Below are positions 8,030 to 17,627 of a DNA stretch of 64,000 bases, piece after piece (within the stretch, counting starts at the first letter, position 1; every line of letters begins with the position of its first letter). This DNA comes from an uncultured Neisseria sp. GTDB taxonomy: Bacteria; Pseudomonadota; Gammaproteobacteria; Burkholderiales; Neisseriaceae. The position numbers and the translations under genes are program-made. The notes beneath the pieces were generated by a model. The model was not told the origin of the DNA. It did no database searches and saw only the letters and a program-made list of their open reading frames with translations. The DNA is taken from assembly GCA_963532335.1 (NCBI GenBank), contig CAUSKT010000002.1, forward strand, positions 2,562 to 66,561, given 5' to 3'.

Positions 8030-10408
8030 ATGAAATCATCACACATACTCCCTATTGCCGCCCTTGTCGGCAGTATTTTCGGCAATCCCGTGTTTGCGGC
8101 GGATAATGCTGCGCAATCAACGGCTGCCGAGCCCATGCAAGCTGAACTGAAACAGGTAACGGTAAAAGGGCATCGCAACGCGCCCGCCGCCGTGGAACGG
8201 GTCAACCTCGGCCGTATCCAACAGGAAATGATACGCGACAACAAAGACTTGGTGCGCTATTCCACCGATGTCGGTCTGAGCGACAGCGGCCGCCATCAAA
8301 AAGGCTTTGCCATTCGTGGCGTGGAAGGCAACCGTGTCGGCGTCAGTATTGACGGCGTGAGCCTGCCTGATTCGGAAGAAAACTCACTGTATGCCCGTTA
8401 CGGCAATTTCAACAGTTCGCGCTTGTCCATCGACCCTGAACTGGTGCGCAACATCGACATCGTGAAAGGGGCGGACTCTTTCAATACCGGCAGCGGCGCC
8501 TTGGGCGGCGGTGTGAATTACCAAACCCTGCAAGGACGTGATTTGCTGCTGCCGGAGCGGCAGTTCGGCGTGATGATGAAAAACGGTTACAGCAGCCGCA
8601 ACCGCGAATGGACGAACACAGTCGGCTTCGGCATGGATAACGGCAGCGTCGATACAGCCTTGCTGTATTCACAACGGCGCGGCCATGAAACCGAAAGCGC
8701 GGGCAACCGCGGCTATGCGGTGGAAGGCAAGGGCAGCGGCACGAATATCCGCGGTTCGGCACGCGGCATTCCTGATCCGTCCAAACACAAATACCACAGC
8801 TTCTTGGCCAAAATCGGTTATCAGATTAATGAGAACCACCGTATCGGCGCATCGCTCAACGGCCAGCAGGGGCACAATTACACGGTTGAAGAGTCTTATA
8901 ACCTGACCGATTCTTCCTGGCGCGAAGCCGACGATGTAAACAAACGGCGCAATGCCAACCTGTTTTACGAATGGACGCCTGATTCAAATTGGTTGTCGTT
9001 GTTGAAGGCAGACTTCGATTATCAGAAAACCAAAGTGGCGGCGGTTAACAACAAAGGCTCGTTCCCGATGGATTATTCCACCTGGACGCGCAACTACAAT
9101 CAGAAGGATTTGGACGAAATATACAACCGCAGCATGGACACCCGCTTCAAACGCATCACCCTGCGTTTGGACAGCCAGCCGCTACAACTGGGCGGGCAGC
9201 ACCGCCTGTCGTTCAAGGCCTTTGCCAGCCGCCGTGATTTTGAAAATTTAAACCGCGACGATTATTTCTTCAGCGGCCGCATCGTCCGAACCACCAGCAC
9301 CATCCAGCATCCGGTGAAAACCACCAACTACGGTTTCTCGCTGTCCGACCAAATCCAATGGAACAATGTGTTTTCAAGCCGCACGGGCATCCGTTACGAC
9401 CACACCAAAATGACGCCGCAGCAACTGAATGCCGACTGTCATGCCTGCGACAAAACACCGCCCGCACCCAATACTTACAGCGGCTGGAGCGGTTTCGCCG
9501 GTTTGGCGGCGCAACTGAATCAGGCTTGGCGTGTCGGTTACGACATCACTTCCGGCTACCGTGTCCCCAATGCGTCCGAAGTGTATTTCACCTACAACCA
9601 CGGTTCGGGTAATTGGCTGCCCAATCCCAACCTGAAAGCCGAGCGCAGCACCACCCACACCCTCTCCCTGCAAGGACGCGGCGAAAAAGGTACGCTGGAT
9701 GCCAACCTGTATCAAAGCAACTACCGCAATTTCCTGTCTGAAGAGCAGAAACTGACCGCCAGCGGCGAACCCGGCTGCACCCAGATGGATTATTACTACG
9801 GTCTGTGCAGCGCCCCCTACACCGAAAAACTGGATTGGCAGATGCAGAATATCGACAAGGCAAGGGTTCGCGGTCTTGAGCTGACAGGTCGTCTGAATTT
9901 GGACAAAGTAGTCTCTTTTGTCCCTGAAGGCTGGAAGCTGTTTGGTTCCGTGGGTTACGCGAAAAGCAAGCTGTCGGGCGACAACAGCCTGCTGTCCACC
10001 CAGCCGCTGAAAGTGATTGCCGGTATCGACTATGAAAGTCCGAGCGAAAAATGGGGCGTGTTCTCCCGCCTGACCTATTTGGGCGCGAAAAAGGCGAAAG
10101 ATGCGCAATACACCGTTTATGAAAACAACGGCTGGGGTACGCCTTTGCAGAAAAAAGTGCAGGATTACCCGTGGCTGAACAAATCGGCTTATGTGTTCGA
10201 TATGTACGGCTTCTACAAACCGGTGAAAAATCTGACCCTGCGTGCGGGCGTGTACAACCTGTTCAACCGCAAAGACACCACTTGGGATTCCCTGCGCGGT
10301 TTGTACAGTTACAGCACCACCAACGGGGTCGACCGCGACGGCAAAGGCTTGGACCGCTACCGCGCGCCCGGTCGCAACTACGCCGTATCACTGGAATGGA
10401 AGTTCTAA
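8030..10408 (+). CDS. hmbR: TonB-dependent hemoglobin receptor HmbR
   Basis: 792 aa. MKSSHILPIAALVGSIFGNPVFAAD..., a TonB-box region, and the C-terminal ...RNYAVSLEWKF. Closely resembles meningococcal HmbR as I remember it. Confidence 0.9.
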   Translation: MKSSHILPIAALVGSIFGNPVFAADNAAQSTAAEPMQAELKQVTVKGHRNAPAAVERVNLGRIQQEMIRDNKDLVRYSTDVGLSDSGRHQKGFAIRGVEGNRVGVSIDGVSLPDSEENSLYARYGNFNSSRLSIDPELVRNIDIVKGADSFNTGSGALGGGVNYQTLQGRDLLLPERQFGVMMKNGYSSRNREWTNTVGFGMDNGSVDTALLYSQRRGHETESAGNRGYAVEGKGSGTNIRGSARGIPDPSKHKYHSFLAKIGYQINENHRIGASLNGQQGHNYTVEESYNLTDSSWREADDVNKRRNANLFYEWTPDSNWLSLLKADFDYQKTKVAAVNNKGSFPMDYSTWTRNYNQKDLDEIYNRSMDTRFKRITLRLDSQPLQLGGQHRLSFKAFASRRDFENLNRDDYFFSGRIVRTTSTIQHPVKTTNYGFSLSDQIQWNNVFSSRTGIRYDHTKMTPQQLNADCHACDKTPPAPNTYSGWSGFAGLAAQLNQAWRVGYDITSGYRVPNASEVYFTYNHGSGNWLPNPNLKAERSTTHTLSLQGRGEKGTLDANLYQSNYRNFLSEEQKLTASGEPGCTQMDYYYGLCSAPYTEKLDWQMQNIDKARVRGLELTGRLNLDKVVSFVPEGWKLFGSVGYAKSKLSGDNSLLSTQPLKVIAGIDYESPSEKWGVFSRLTYLGAKKAKDAQYTVYENNGWGTPLQKKVQDYPWLNKSAYVFDMYGFYKPVKNLTLRAGVYNLFNRKDTTWDSLRGLYSYSTTNGVDRDGKGLDRYRAPGRNYAVSLEWKF

Positions 10409-10439
10409 GCTAAATTGTGATTGAAGAAACGAAAACAAA

Positions 10440-10483
10440 CCGCCTGAATGTCCTGTTTGTCAGAACATTCGGGCGGTTTTATT
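10440..10483 (+). terminator. Rho-independent terminator of hmbR
   Basis: CCGCCTGAATGT...ACATTCGGGCGG stem followed by TTTTATT. Confidence 0.7.
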
Positions 10484-10520
10484 ATCCGTCTGTTTAAAGT
10501 TTGCCGTCTTGTCCCATTCT

Positions 10521-10677
10521 TATAGTGGATTAACTTTAAGCCAGTACGACGTTGCCTCGCCTTAGCTCAAAGAGAACGATTCTCTAAGGTGCTGAAGCAC
10601 CAAGTGAATCGGTTCCGTACTATCTGTACTGTCTGTGGCTTCGTCGCCTTGTCCTGATTTAAAGTTAATCCACTATA
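10521..10677. mobile_element. Correia repeat-enclosed element, long form (~157 bp)
   Basis: TATAGTGGATTAAC...GTTAATCCACTATA terminal inverted repeats with the characteristic internal sequence. Confidence 0.9.
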
Positions 10678-10768
10678 TTTTCCAACTGTTTAATTGGATT
10701 GGGTTTCGTTGCGGCTAACTGTTTCCTTCATATTAAACGCGCTAACGTAGTTTGAGGGATGTGTTTGA

Positions 10769-11209
10769 TTACAGGGATCTTCGGAAATACCGGCCGATTT
10801 GGTGAGTGCGGCAATTCACGCGCCATTTATCGCTGTTTTGCCAATAATAATCTACGATGATGCCTTGATCGTCAGTGTAGAAAATGCGGTCTTGGTCTTG
10901 TCCGTAGCAGACGTTGCTATAGTAGTTAGTAATGATGGGTCCGTATTGGCTGCTGCCTTCGTATTCACGTCCAGCGTAGGAGTAGTAGGTATAGCGCCAG
11001 AGGTAGGCATAGCGGTCGTTTTCCGATTTGACTCCACCTTCTGTGGGTTTGACGCCATAGGATTTGATAACGGCATCGATAGGTTTGCCGACGAAACGTT
11101 TCATACGTTTGTCCAAGCTGGCACAGCCGACAGTGAGGCAAACGAGACCGGCAAGGAGGGCTGCACGGCCTATGGAGATTTTGGAGGGCATAATGCGTTT
11201 TCCTGTCAT
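10769..11209 (-). CDS. Hypothetical Tyr-rich lipoprotein
   Basis: 146-aa ORF with signal peptide and lipobox LTVGC. No recognised family. An alternative start at 11191 is possible. Confidence 0.55.
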   Translation of the reverse strand: MTGKRIMPSKISIGRAALLAGLVCLTVGCASLDKRMKRFVGKPIDAVIKSYGVKPTEGGVKSENDRYAYLWRYTYYSYAGREYEGSSQYGPIITNYYSNVCYGQDQDRIFYTDDQGIIVDYYWQNSDKWRVNCRTHQIGRYFRRSL

Positions 11210-11542
11210 TAAAATGAAGGGCGGAATAATAAGAAAGGAATAGGCAATTTGGCAAGAGGCTACCCGAAAAACATAAAACGTTTTTCAGGTAACCGCTTGG
11301 TTGATACACACTTTGTCTTCCTTTAATCATGCGGTGGGATTTCAATGAAGGGGTTGTCTGTATTGGGGAAAGGGGATGCAGGATGTTTTCAAAACAGGGG
11401 AGGGGTCGTCTGAAAACTGTTATCCCCATTCTGTTGTAAAAAATTCTTTTTGCATAGTCATTTCATCCCTAATTTGCTTCACTTGTCCGAACTCAATATA
11501 AATTCCGCCCTATATCCGCTATAATCGCAAATCGATTATCCA

Positions 11543-12313
11543 ATGTACAAGACAGGAAAATTCATGTCCCAAAGCCGTTTCAACCAAACCGGCCCCAAAA
11601 TCGGTCTGAGCGTGCGCCTTGCGGAAACGCAGGTGGAAATTGAAGCAGCACAACGCCTGCGTTATCAGGTATTCGCCCAAGAGCTGGGTGCAGAAATCGA
11701 AAGCGACGACGGTCGCGATGTCGATCCTTACGACGAACATTGCCACCACCTTTTGGCTTTTGACGATGCAACCGGAGAAGTCATCGGCTGCTACCGCCTG
11801 ATTACCGAAGAAACCGCCAAAAAAGTCGGCGGCTGGTATAGCGAACACGAATTTGACTTGTCCCCTTTGAAAGACATCTTGCCGCAAACCGTCGAACTCG
11901 GACGCGCCTGCACCCATCCCGACTACCGCAACGGCGGTTTGGTCATGCTTTTGTGGTCGGGTTTGGTCAAATTCATGAAAGACGAAAACCTGCGCTTCAT
12001 GATAGGCTGCGGCAGCATCGATATGCACGACGGCGGCAGCGATGCGGCGGGTCTGTATCATGCCCTGAAATCCAAATACCTCGCGCCTGAAAAATGGTGC
12101 GTCAAGCCGCTCAATCCGCTCAAGTGGGACGAAATTACCCCGTCGGACAAACCTGATGTCCCGCCACTGATTAAAGGCTACCTCAATGCGGGCGCATGGT
12201 TCTGCGGCGAGCCTTGCGTCGATGAAGCGTTCAACTGCGCCGACGTGCTCATCATGATGGACATCACCCGCCTGGCAGACCGTTACCTCCAACGTTTTGC
12301 CCCTAAACCATAA
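11543..12313 (+). CDS. GNAT-superfamily N-acyltransferase, OlsB-like (Acetyltransf_5, 'hemolysin-like')
   Basis: 256 aa. ...RLAETQVEIEAAQRLRYQVFAQELGAEI...DEHCHHLLAFD..TGEVIGCYRL is typical of lyso-ornithine-lipid-synthase-like proteins. Start could be 11564. Confidence 0.7.
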   Translation: MYKTGKFMSQSRFNQTGPKIGLSVRLAETQVEIEAAQRLRYQVFAQELGAEIESDDGRDVDPYDEHCHHLLAFDDATGEVIGCYRLITEETAKKVGGWYSEHEFDLSPLKDILPQTVELGRACTHPDYRNGGLVMLLWSGLVKFMKDENLRFMIGCGSIDMHDGGSDAAGLYHALKSKYLAPEKWCVKPLNPLKWDEITPSDKPDVPPLIKGYLNAGAWFCGEPCVDEAFNCADVLIMMDITRLADRYLQRFAPKP

Positions 12314-12321
12314 AGACCAAA

Positions 12322-12351
12322 AGGTCGTCTGAAAACCTTTTCAGACGACCT
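12322..12351. terminator. Inverted DUS pair hairpin
   Basis: AGGTCGTCTGAAAACCTTTTCAGACGACCT. Confidence 0.55.
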
Positions 12352-12427
12352 CAACTATTGTGAAATCAGCAAATAACCGATTTTTAGCGGTTTCACCCTA
12401 TACCAAGATTGCACACACCACAACCTT

Positions 12428-13177
12428 ATGATTGCCAAACTACGTTTTACCTTCCGCCTGCTCTGCATCGGCATCTGCCTGCTTTACGGTATGGCGGAAA
12501 TGTTCTTCCTGTTTCCCTTTTACAGCAAACGGCGCAAACTGCGTGCCATCCAAATCTGGTCGCTGCGCGTTCTCGCTTCATGCGGCATGAAGCTGGAAAC
12601 CTTCGGCACGCTGCCTCAGGAAGGGCAGGCGCAGTTGTTAATCAGCAACCATATCTCTTGGTTGGACATCATGGCGGTCAACGGCGCATTTCCGGGTCGG
12701 TTTGTGGCGAAAGACGATGTCGCCAAATGGCCGGTAGTCGGCTATCTCGCCACGCAGGCGCAGACCGTTTACGTTTCACGCAATAAAGGCACCAAAGGCA
12801 ATACCGCTAAAATCGCCACCGTAACGGAAGCCCTCAAAAACGGCGATACCGTAACCATTTTCCCGGAAGGGACGAGTACGGAAGGTTATGAAATCCTCCC
12901 GTTCAAGCCCAGCTTTTTCCAAACTGCCTACGATGCAGGCGTTCCCATTATCCCCATGCTCTGCCGCTACCCCAATCCCGACGGCACCAGTCCGAACCTT
13001 CAGGCGGCTTATGTGGGCGATACCAGCCTGTGGCAATCCATCTGCATGATCATCAGCCAACCTTCCAGCAAGGTGGAGCTGCATTTTCTGGAGCCGGTTC
13101 CCGCCAAAGAAGACCGCTACGAAACGGCGCTGGAAATACACGGCATTTTGAGCCGAGAATTAAAAAAATTGGGCTGA
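12428..13177 (+). CDS. PlsC-family lysolipid acyltransferase (OlsA-like)
   Basis: 249 aa with an N-terminal TM helix, an NHISWLD (HX4D) catalytic motif and an FPEGTS motif. Confidence 0.75.
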   Translation: MIAKLRFTFRLLCIGICLLYGMAEMFFLFPFYSKRRKLRAIQIWSLRVLASCGMKLETFGTLPQEGQAQLLISNHISWLDIMAVNGAFPGRFVAKDDVAKWPVVGYLATQAQTVYVSRNKGTKGNTAKIATVTEALKNGDTVTIFPEGTSTEGYEILPFKPSFFQTAYDAGVPIIPMLCRYPNPDGTSPNLQAAYVGDTSLWQSICMIISQPSSKVELHFLEPVPAKEDRYETALEIHGILSRELKKLG

Positions 13178-13253
13178 CAGGTCCAAACAAACGAAAAGAA
13201 CTTCAAACCGCCATCCGAACCGTTTCATCAAACCAAACAATAGGAGAAGCCAA

Positions 13254-14060
13254 ATGGAAGAAACATTCGTCCAAACGCTGACCATCGCCGGCTCGGATTC
13301 CGGCGGCGGAGCGGGGATACAGGCGGATTTGAAGACGTTTCAGATGCGCGGCGTGTTCGGCACCAGCGTACTGACCGCCGTGACCGCGCAAAATACGCTC
13401 GGCGTATCGGCGGTGCATCTGGTGCCGACCGACATCATTACCGCGCAAATCGAGGCCGTCCGCGCCGATTTTGAAATCCGCGCCTATAAAATCGGGATGC
13501 TGGGTACGGCTCAAGTGATTGAATGCGTTGCCGAAAATCTGAAAAAATGCCGTTTCGGCAAGCGCGTCCTCGATCCGGTGATGATTGCCAAAGGCGGCGC
13601 GCCGCTGTTGCAGGATTCTGCCGTCGAAGCGATGAAACGTCTGCTGTTGCCCGACACGGACATTCTGACGCCGAACCTGCCTGAAGCGGAAGCCTTGACG
13701 GGCGTTCGCATTGAAAACCGCCAAGATGCGGAACGCGCCGCTAAAATCCTGCAAGATTGCGGCGTGAAAAACGTGGTGATTAAAGGCGGGCATTTGGGCG
13801 ACAGCCGCAGCGAATACTGCACCGACTGGCTGTTTACGCCGGATGACGTGTTTGAATTTGCCGACCGCCGCTTCCCGACGACGCATACGCACGGTACGGG
13901 CTGCACGTTCTCCGCCTGTATCGCCGCCGAGCTGGCAAAAGGTTTCGAGACGCTCGAAGCCGTGCAAACCGCCAAAAAATACATTACCGAGGCGATTCGC
14001 AATCCTTTGAACATCGGCGCGGGACACGGTCCGGTCAATCATTGGGCTTATCGGGATTGA
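13254..14060 (+). CDS. thiD: Hydroxymethylpyrimidine/phosphomethylpyrimidine kinase
   Basis: 268 aa. [22 protein letters not shown]... and GTGCTFSA motifs. Confidence 0.9.
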   Translation: MEETFVQTLTIAGSDSGGGAGIQADLKTFQMRGVFGTSVLTAVTAQNTLGVSAVHLVPTDIITAQIEAVRADFEIRAYKIGMLGTAQVIECVAENLKKCRFGKRVLDPVMIAKGGAPLLQDSAVEAMKRLLLPDTDILTPNLPEAEALTGVRIENRQDAERAAKILQDCGVKNVVIKGGHLGDSRSEYCTDWLFTPDDVFEFADRRFPTTHTHGTGCTFSACIAAELAKGFETLEAVQTAKKYITEAIRNPLNIGAGHGPVNHWAYRD

Positions 14061-14063
14061 ATA

Positions 14064-14095
14064 AGGTCGTCTGAAACGGAAATTTCAGACGACCT
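14064..14095. terminator. Inverted DUS pair hairpin after thiD
   Basis: AGGTCGTCTGAAACGGAAATTTCAGACGACCT. Confidence 0.55.
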
Positions 14096-14167
14096 CTTGC
14101 TATATTTATCAGTCAAATTTGTTTACAATATTGGGCAAACCAACTTCAACTTCGCGGAAGAGAAATC

Positions 14168-14587
14168 ATGCAAGTTACATCAAAATGGATAGACGGAATG
14201 TGCTTTGTCGGCACGACCGAAAATGGACACAGCGTCGTCATGGAAGGTGCGGCGGCGGAAGGGCAGGCGAAACGCGGTCCCAGCCCGATGGAAATGCTGC
14301 TTTTGGGTGTGGCGGGCTGCTCCAGCATCGATGTCGTGATAATTGCCGAGAAGCAGCGTCAAAAGGTGGTGGACTGCCAGGCGACGGTTACCGCGAAGCG
14401 CGCCGACGATGCCCCGCGCGTGTTTACCGAAATCCACATCCATTTTAAAGTCATCGGACACAACCTGACCGAATCCGCCATCGAGCGCGCCGTGCAGATG
14501 TCTGCCGAAAAATATTGTTCCGCCTCGATTATGCTGGGCAAGGCAGCGAAAATCACCCACAGTTTTGAAACCGTTGAAGCAGAGTAA
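14168..14587 (+). CDS. OsmC family peroxiredoxin-like protein
   Basis: 139 aa. GPSPMEMLLLGVAGCSSIDV and EKYCSAS, the two conserved Cys regions of OsmC/Ohr. Confidence 0.85.
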   Translation: MQVTSKWIDGMCFVGTTENGHSVVMEGAAAEGQAKRGPSPMEMLLLGVAGCSSIDVVIIAEKQRQKVVDCQATVTAKRADDAPRVFTEIHIHFKVIGHNLTESAIERAVQMSAEKYCSASIMLGKAAKITHSFETVEAE

Positions 14588-14684
14588 TTTTTCAGACGAC
14601 CTCCCGTATCTTTCAGAGGTCGTCTGAAAAGCGTTTAGAGGCGGAATATTGTTAAAGCGTGAATAAAGGCCGCCCGACAAAAAA

Positions 14685-14720
14685 GCAGATATATTCACGC
14701 TACACTATGAATATATCTGC
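14685..14720. repeat. Perfect 13-bp inverted repeat (AT-rich hairpin or operator)
   Basis: GCAGATATATTCA-cgctacacta-TGAATATATCTGC in the OsmC-family/GntR-family intergenic region. Confidence 0.8.
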
Positions 14721-14949
14721 TTGCTTATTGTGGATTCTCTCTCTATCAGCCTTCATAACTTGGCCTTGTGAGGATATTGTGCAAGCTTCACTAGAGATTG
14801 TCAACAATTTTTAATTATATCTTAATCAGATTTTGTGCTATATCGAAATGGAATCAAGCAAAAAGCGATAAGGGGCGGGTTGCCGCCGTCGCAAAATTTC
14901 TGTTATTTCAAACGATATGACACGCCAGACTATGAGGAGAGCTTAAATA

Positions 14950-15666
14950 ATGAATACCGATAACGATACCCTCCATGCGCCTACCCCTTCTTCCATGATG
15001 CCGGCAGGCAGGCATGATTCGGAGCTGTTCCGTGTTTACGCCCTGATTTTGGACGGCATTACCGACCATGTTTTGCTGCCCGGCAAAAAACTGACCGAAT
15101 CCGAGCTGTGCCGCCAGATGGTTTGCTCGCGCAATACCGTGCGCGGCGCGCTGTCCCTGTTGGCACACGACAAAATCGTCGATTTGCAGCCCAATCGCGG
15201 CGCGTTCGTCCATGTTCCCGATTTGAAGGAAATGCAGGACGTGTTCAACGCGCGTATCGAAATGGAAAGCATGATTTTGAACCTTCTGTCCGATATGCCC
15301 GATTTGGAAACCCGCCTCCAGCCGCTCTACGCCATGATTGAGCGTGAAGAACAGGCGTCCGACAGCGGCGACCGCGTGGGTTGGAACCGCCTGTCCAACG
15401 CCTTCCACGTCGAACTGGCGCGCCTGATCGACAACAACGTCTTGTTCGACATCATGAACACCCTGTGCGCCCGCTCTTCGCTCATCGTCGCCGTCTTCGA
15501 TGCGCAGCGTCATGAAAAACGCACCATCAACACCCACACCCATTCCGAACACCGCGAAATCCTCGACCTGCTGACCAACGGCAAACGCAACCGCGTCGTC
15601 AAAGTCATGCGCAAACACTTAAGCGCGTGCGTGGAGCGTTTGGAACGCAAATACGAAGCGGAATAA
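14950..15666 (+). CDS. GntR-family (FadR/FCD subfamily) transcriptional regulator
   Basis: 238 aa. Winged HTH LTESELCRQMVCSRNTVRGALSLLAHDKIV plus a helical C-terminal domain. Confidence 0.8.
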   Translation: MNTDNDTLHAPTPSSMMPAGRHDSELFRVYALILDGITDHVLLPGKKLTESELCRQMVCSRNTVRGALSLLAHDKIVDLQPNRGAFVHVPDLKEMQDVFNARIEMESMILNLLSDMPDLETRLQPLYAMIEREEQASDSGDRVGWNRLSNAFHVELARLIDNNVLFDIMNTLCARSSLIVAVFDAQRHEKRTINTHTHSEHREILDLLTNGKRNRVVKVMRKHLSACVERLERKYEAE

Positions 15667-15682
15667 CACGGACACAGCAAAA

Positions 15683-15721
15683 AGGTCGTCTGAAAACCGG
15701 GATTCAGGTTTCAGACGACCT
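15683..15721. terminator. Inverted DUS pair hairpin
   Basis: AGGTCGTCTGAAAACC...GGTTTCAGACGACCT. Confidence 0.55.
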
Positions 15722-15824
15722 TTGGTTTTGGGTAAAGCCGAATCGGCGGCAGCCTTTTCCGATTTTGGGCAAAAGGCGTACAATCCGAATTCAAACGAAC
15801 CGGAACGAATTGAAACGAATCCAG

Positions 15825-16601
15825 ATGAAACCGAAAATACAAAGACACGAACACATCCTCGCCCTGGTGCGCGAGCAGCATTTCATGACGGTCGAGCAGC
15901 TTGCGGAAGCCTTGGACGTGACCCCGCAGACCATACGCCGCGACATACAGGAATTGAGCGAAACGCGGCAGTTGAAGCGTTACCACGGCGGAGCGTCGGT
16001 CGGCGATATTTCCGGCGGCGTGGCGCAAGGCAAGCGAAAACACTGCCAAAATGAAAAAAACGCCATCGCCCGCCTGATTGCTGCCCACATTCCCGACAAT
16101 TCGTCGCTGTTTATCAGTATAGGCACGACGATGGAAGCCGTTGCCGCCGAGTTGGTCAAGCAGCGTAAAAACCTGCGGATTATCACCAACAATATTTACG
16201 TCGCCTCCATCACGTCCGCGCGCACCGACTACACCGTCATCATCACTTCCGGCGTCGTGCGCCCCTTGGACGGCGGGATTACGGGCGTGGCGACGGTCGA
16301 TTTTATCAATCAGTTTAAAGTCGATTATGCTGTAATGAGTACGCACGGCGTGGAAAGCGACGGCTCGCTTTTGGACTACGACTATAAAGAAGTCAGCGTA
16401 ATGCAGGCGATGATGACCAATGCGCGGGTCAGGTATTTGGGCGTGGACCACAGCAAATTCAACAGCAATGCCTTGGTCAGGCTGGGCGACATCGGCTCGT
16501 TTGACAAAGTATTTACCGACCGCGTACCGGAAGCCGCCATGCAGAAGGTTTTGGGTGATGCGGGCGTAGAATGGCTGGTTGCCGAGCCTGTGCCGCTTTG
16601 A
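15825..16601 (+). CDS. DeoR/GlpR-family transcriptional regulator
   Basis: ORF 15627..16601 trimmed to MKPKIQRHEHILALVREQHFMTVEQLAEALDVTPQTIRRDIQELSE. The upstream part of the ORF is DUS-derived. Confidence 0.8.
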   Translation: MKPKIQRHEHILALVREQHFMTVEQLAEALDVTPQTIRRDIQELSETRQLKRYHGGASVGDISGGVAQGKRKHCQNEKNAIARLIAAHIPDNSSLFISIGTTMEAVAAELVKQRKNLRIITNNIYVASITSARTDYTVIITSGVVRPLDGGITGVATVDFINQFKVDYAVMSTHGVESDGSLLDYDYKEVSVMQAMMTNARVRYLGVDHSKFNSNALVRLGDIGSFDKVFTDRVPEAAMQKVLGDAGVEWLVAEPVPL

Positions 16602-16691
16602 TTTCGGGGGTTACAAAAGGTTAATGAAATTCGGGTACAATGGGGAAGCGTTTTCAGAGGGCTGCTATTGAATGGGCAGGTCGTCTGAAAA

Positions 16692-16840
16692 TATAGTGGA
16701 TTAAATTTAAACCAGGACAAGGCGACGAAGCCGCAGACAGTACAGATAGTACGGAACCGATTCACTCAGCACCTTAGAGAATCGTTCTCTTTGAGCTAAG
16801 GCGAGGCAACGCCGTACTGATTTAAAGTTAATCCACTATA
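16692..16840. mobile_element. Correia repeat-enclosed element (~149 bp)
   Basis: TATAGTGGATTAAATTT...AGTTAATCCACTATA. The right-end junction reads CACTATAAT, creating a TATAAT at 16837..16842. Confidence 0.9.
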
Positions 16841-16897
16841 ATCATCCGTATATGAATGTTCTTTGATTCAGAAGAACAGTTTTGAAAAGACATCAAG

Positions 16898-17521
16898 ATG
16901 AATTTCCCCCGTATCAGCGAAAGAACATTTTCCGGCCTTTCATTGGCTGGCACTATCATTATTATCATCACGACTTCGATATGGTTCAGTCAGGCAGACC
17001 CCGAACGCTTCGGGATTACATTGATTGCCGGTATGTTGATGCTTGTCTCGGCGAATCTGGTTTATGTCCTGCTTTCCCATCGTTTGCGACCTGCTACTGT
17101 GGCGGGCAGCGTGTGGATAACAACCATACTTTGGTTGTTGTTTATGATGGCGGTAGACAGTGCTGACAGTCATAATGATCCTTACTCCCCTAATTACGAT
17201 CATCACGGATCAGGTTTTTTGTGGCTAGGGTTGCCTGTATTTTATGTTGGTTCGCTGATTGCCTCCATTATCGCCACCGCAGCCCGCCCCAAGCTGCTCT
17301 CTTTGGAAAAATCCTCGCTGCAAGCATTTTGGGCGTCCATGCGCTGGTCTTTTATCGGCACTACCGGTTTGCTTTGGATTTTTTACCCAATCGCACTTTT
17401 GGTTATTTTGGGTATCGTTCTGTTGATTAACCGGCTGGTCAATTTGATCGATTCATCAACGGCATCAAAACATCCGGAAGACAATGCTTCCGACCATTCC
17501 AATCTTTCATCCGATTCGTAA
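16898..17521 (+). CDS. Hypothetical polytopic membrane protein (tandem paralog 1)
   Basis: 207 aa MNFPRISERTFSGLSLAGTIIIIITTSIWF... with several hydrophobic helices and an acidic Ser-rich tail. No recognised family. Confidence 0.6.
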   Translation: MNFPRISERTFSGLSLAGTIIIIITTSIWFSQADPERFGITLIAGMLMLVSANLVYVLLSHRLRPATVAGSVWITTILWLLFMMAVDSADSHNDPYSPNYDHHGSGFLWLGLPVFYVGSLIASIIATAARPKLLSLEKSSLQAFWASMRWSFIGTTGLLWIFYPIALLVILGIVLLINRLVNLIDSSTASKHPEDNASDHSNLSSDS

Positions 17522-17627
17522 TTGTCTATACAGAGGTCTGCTATTTGACGGATAGGTCGTCTGAAAACCAATCATCCGTATGTGAATGTTCTTTGATTCA
17601 GAAGAACAGTTTTGAAAAGTCGTAAAG

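Noticed and set aside
8030-10408. Phase-variable homopolymer or tetranucleotide tracts in hmbR and other surface-protein genes.
   Set aside because: I found no G or C run of 7 or more and no tandem tetramer or pentamer repeats in these genes. Only A/T 6-7-mers occur, in the AT-rich gene at 20114 (reported separately as low interest).
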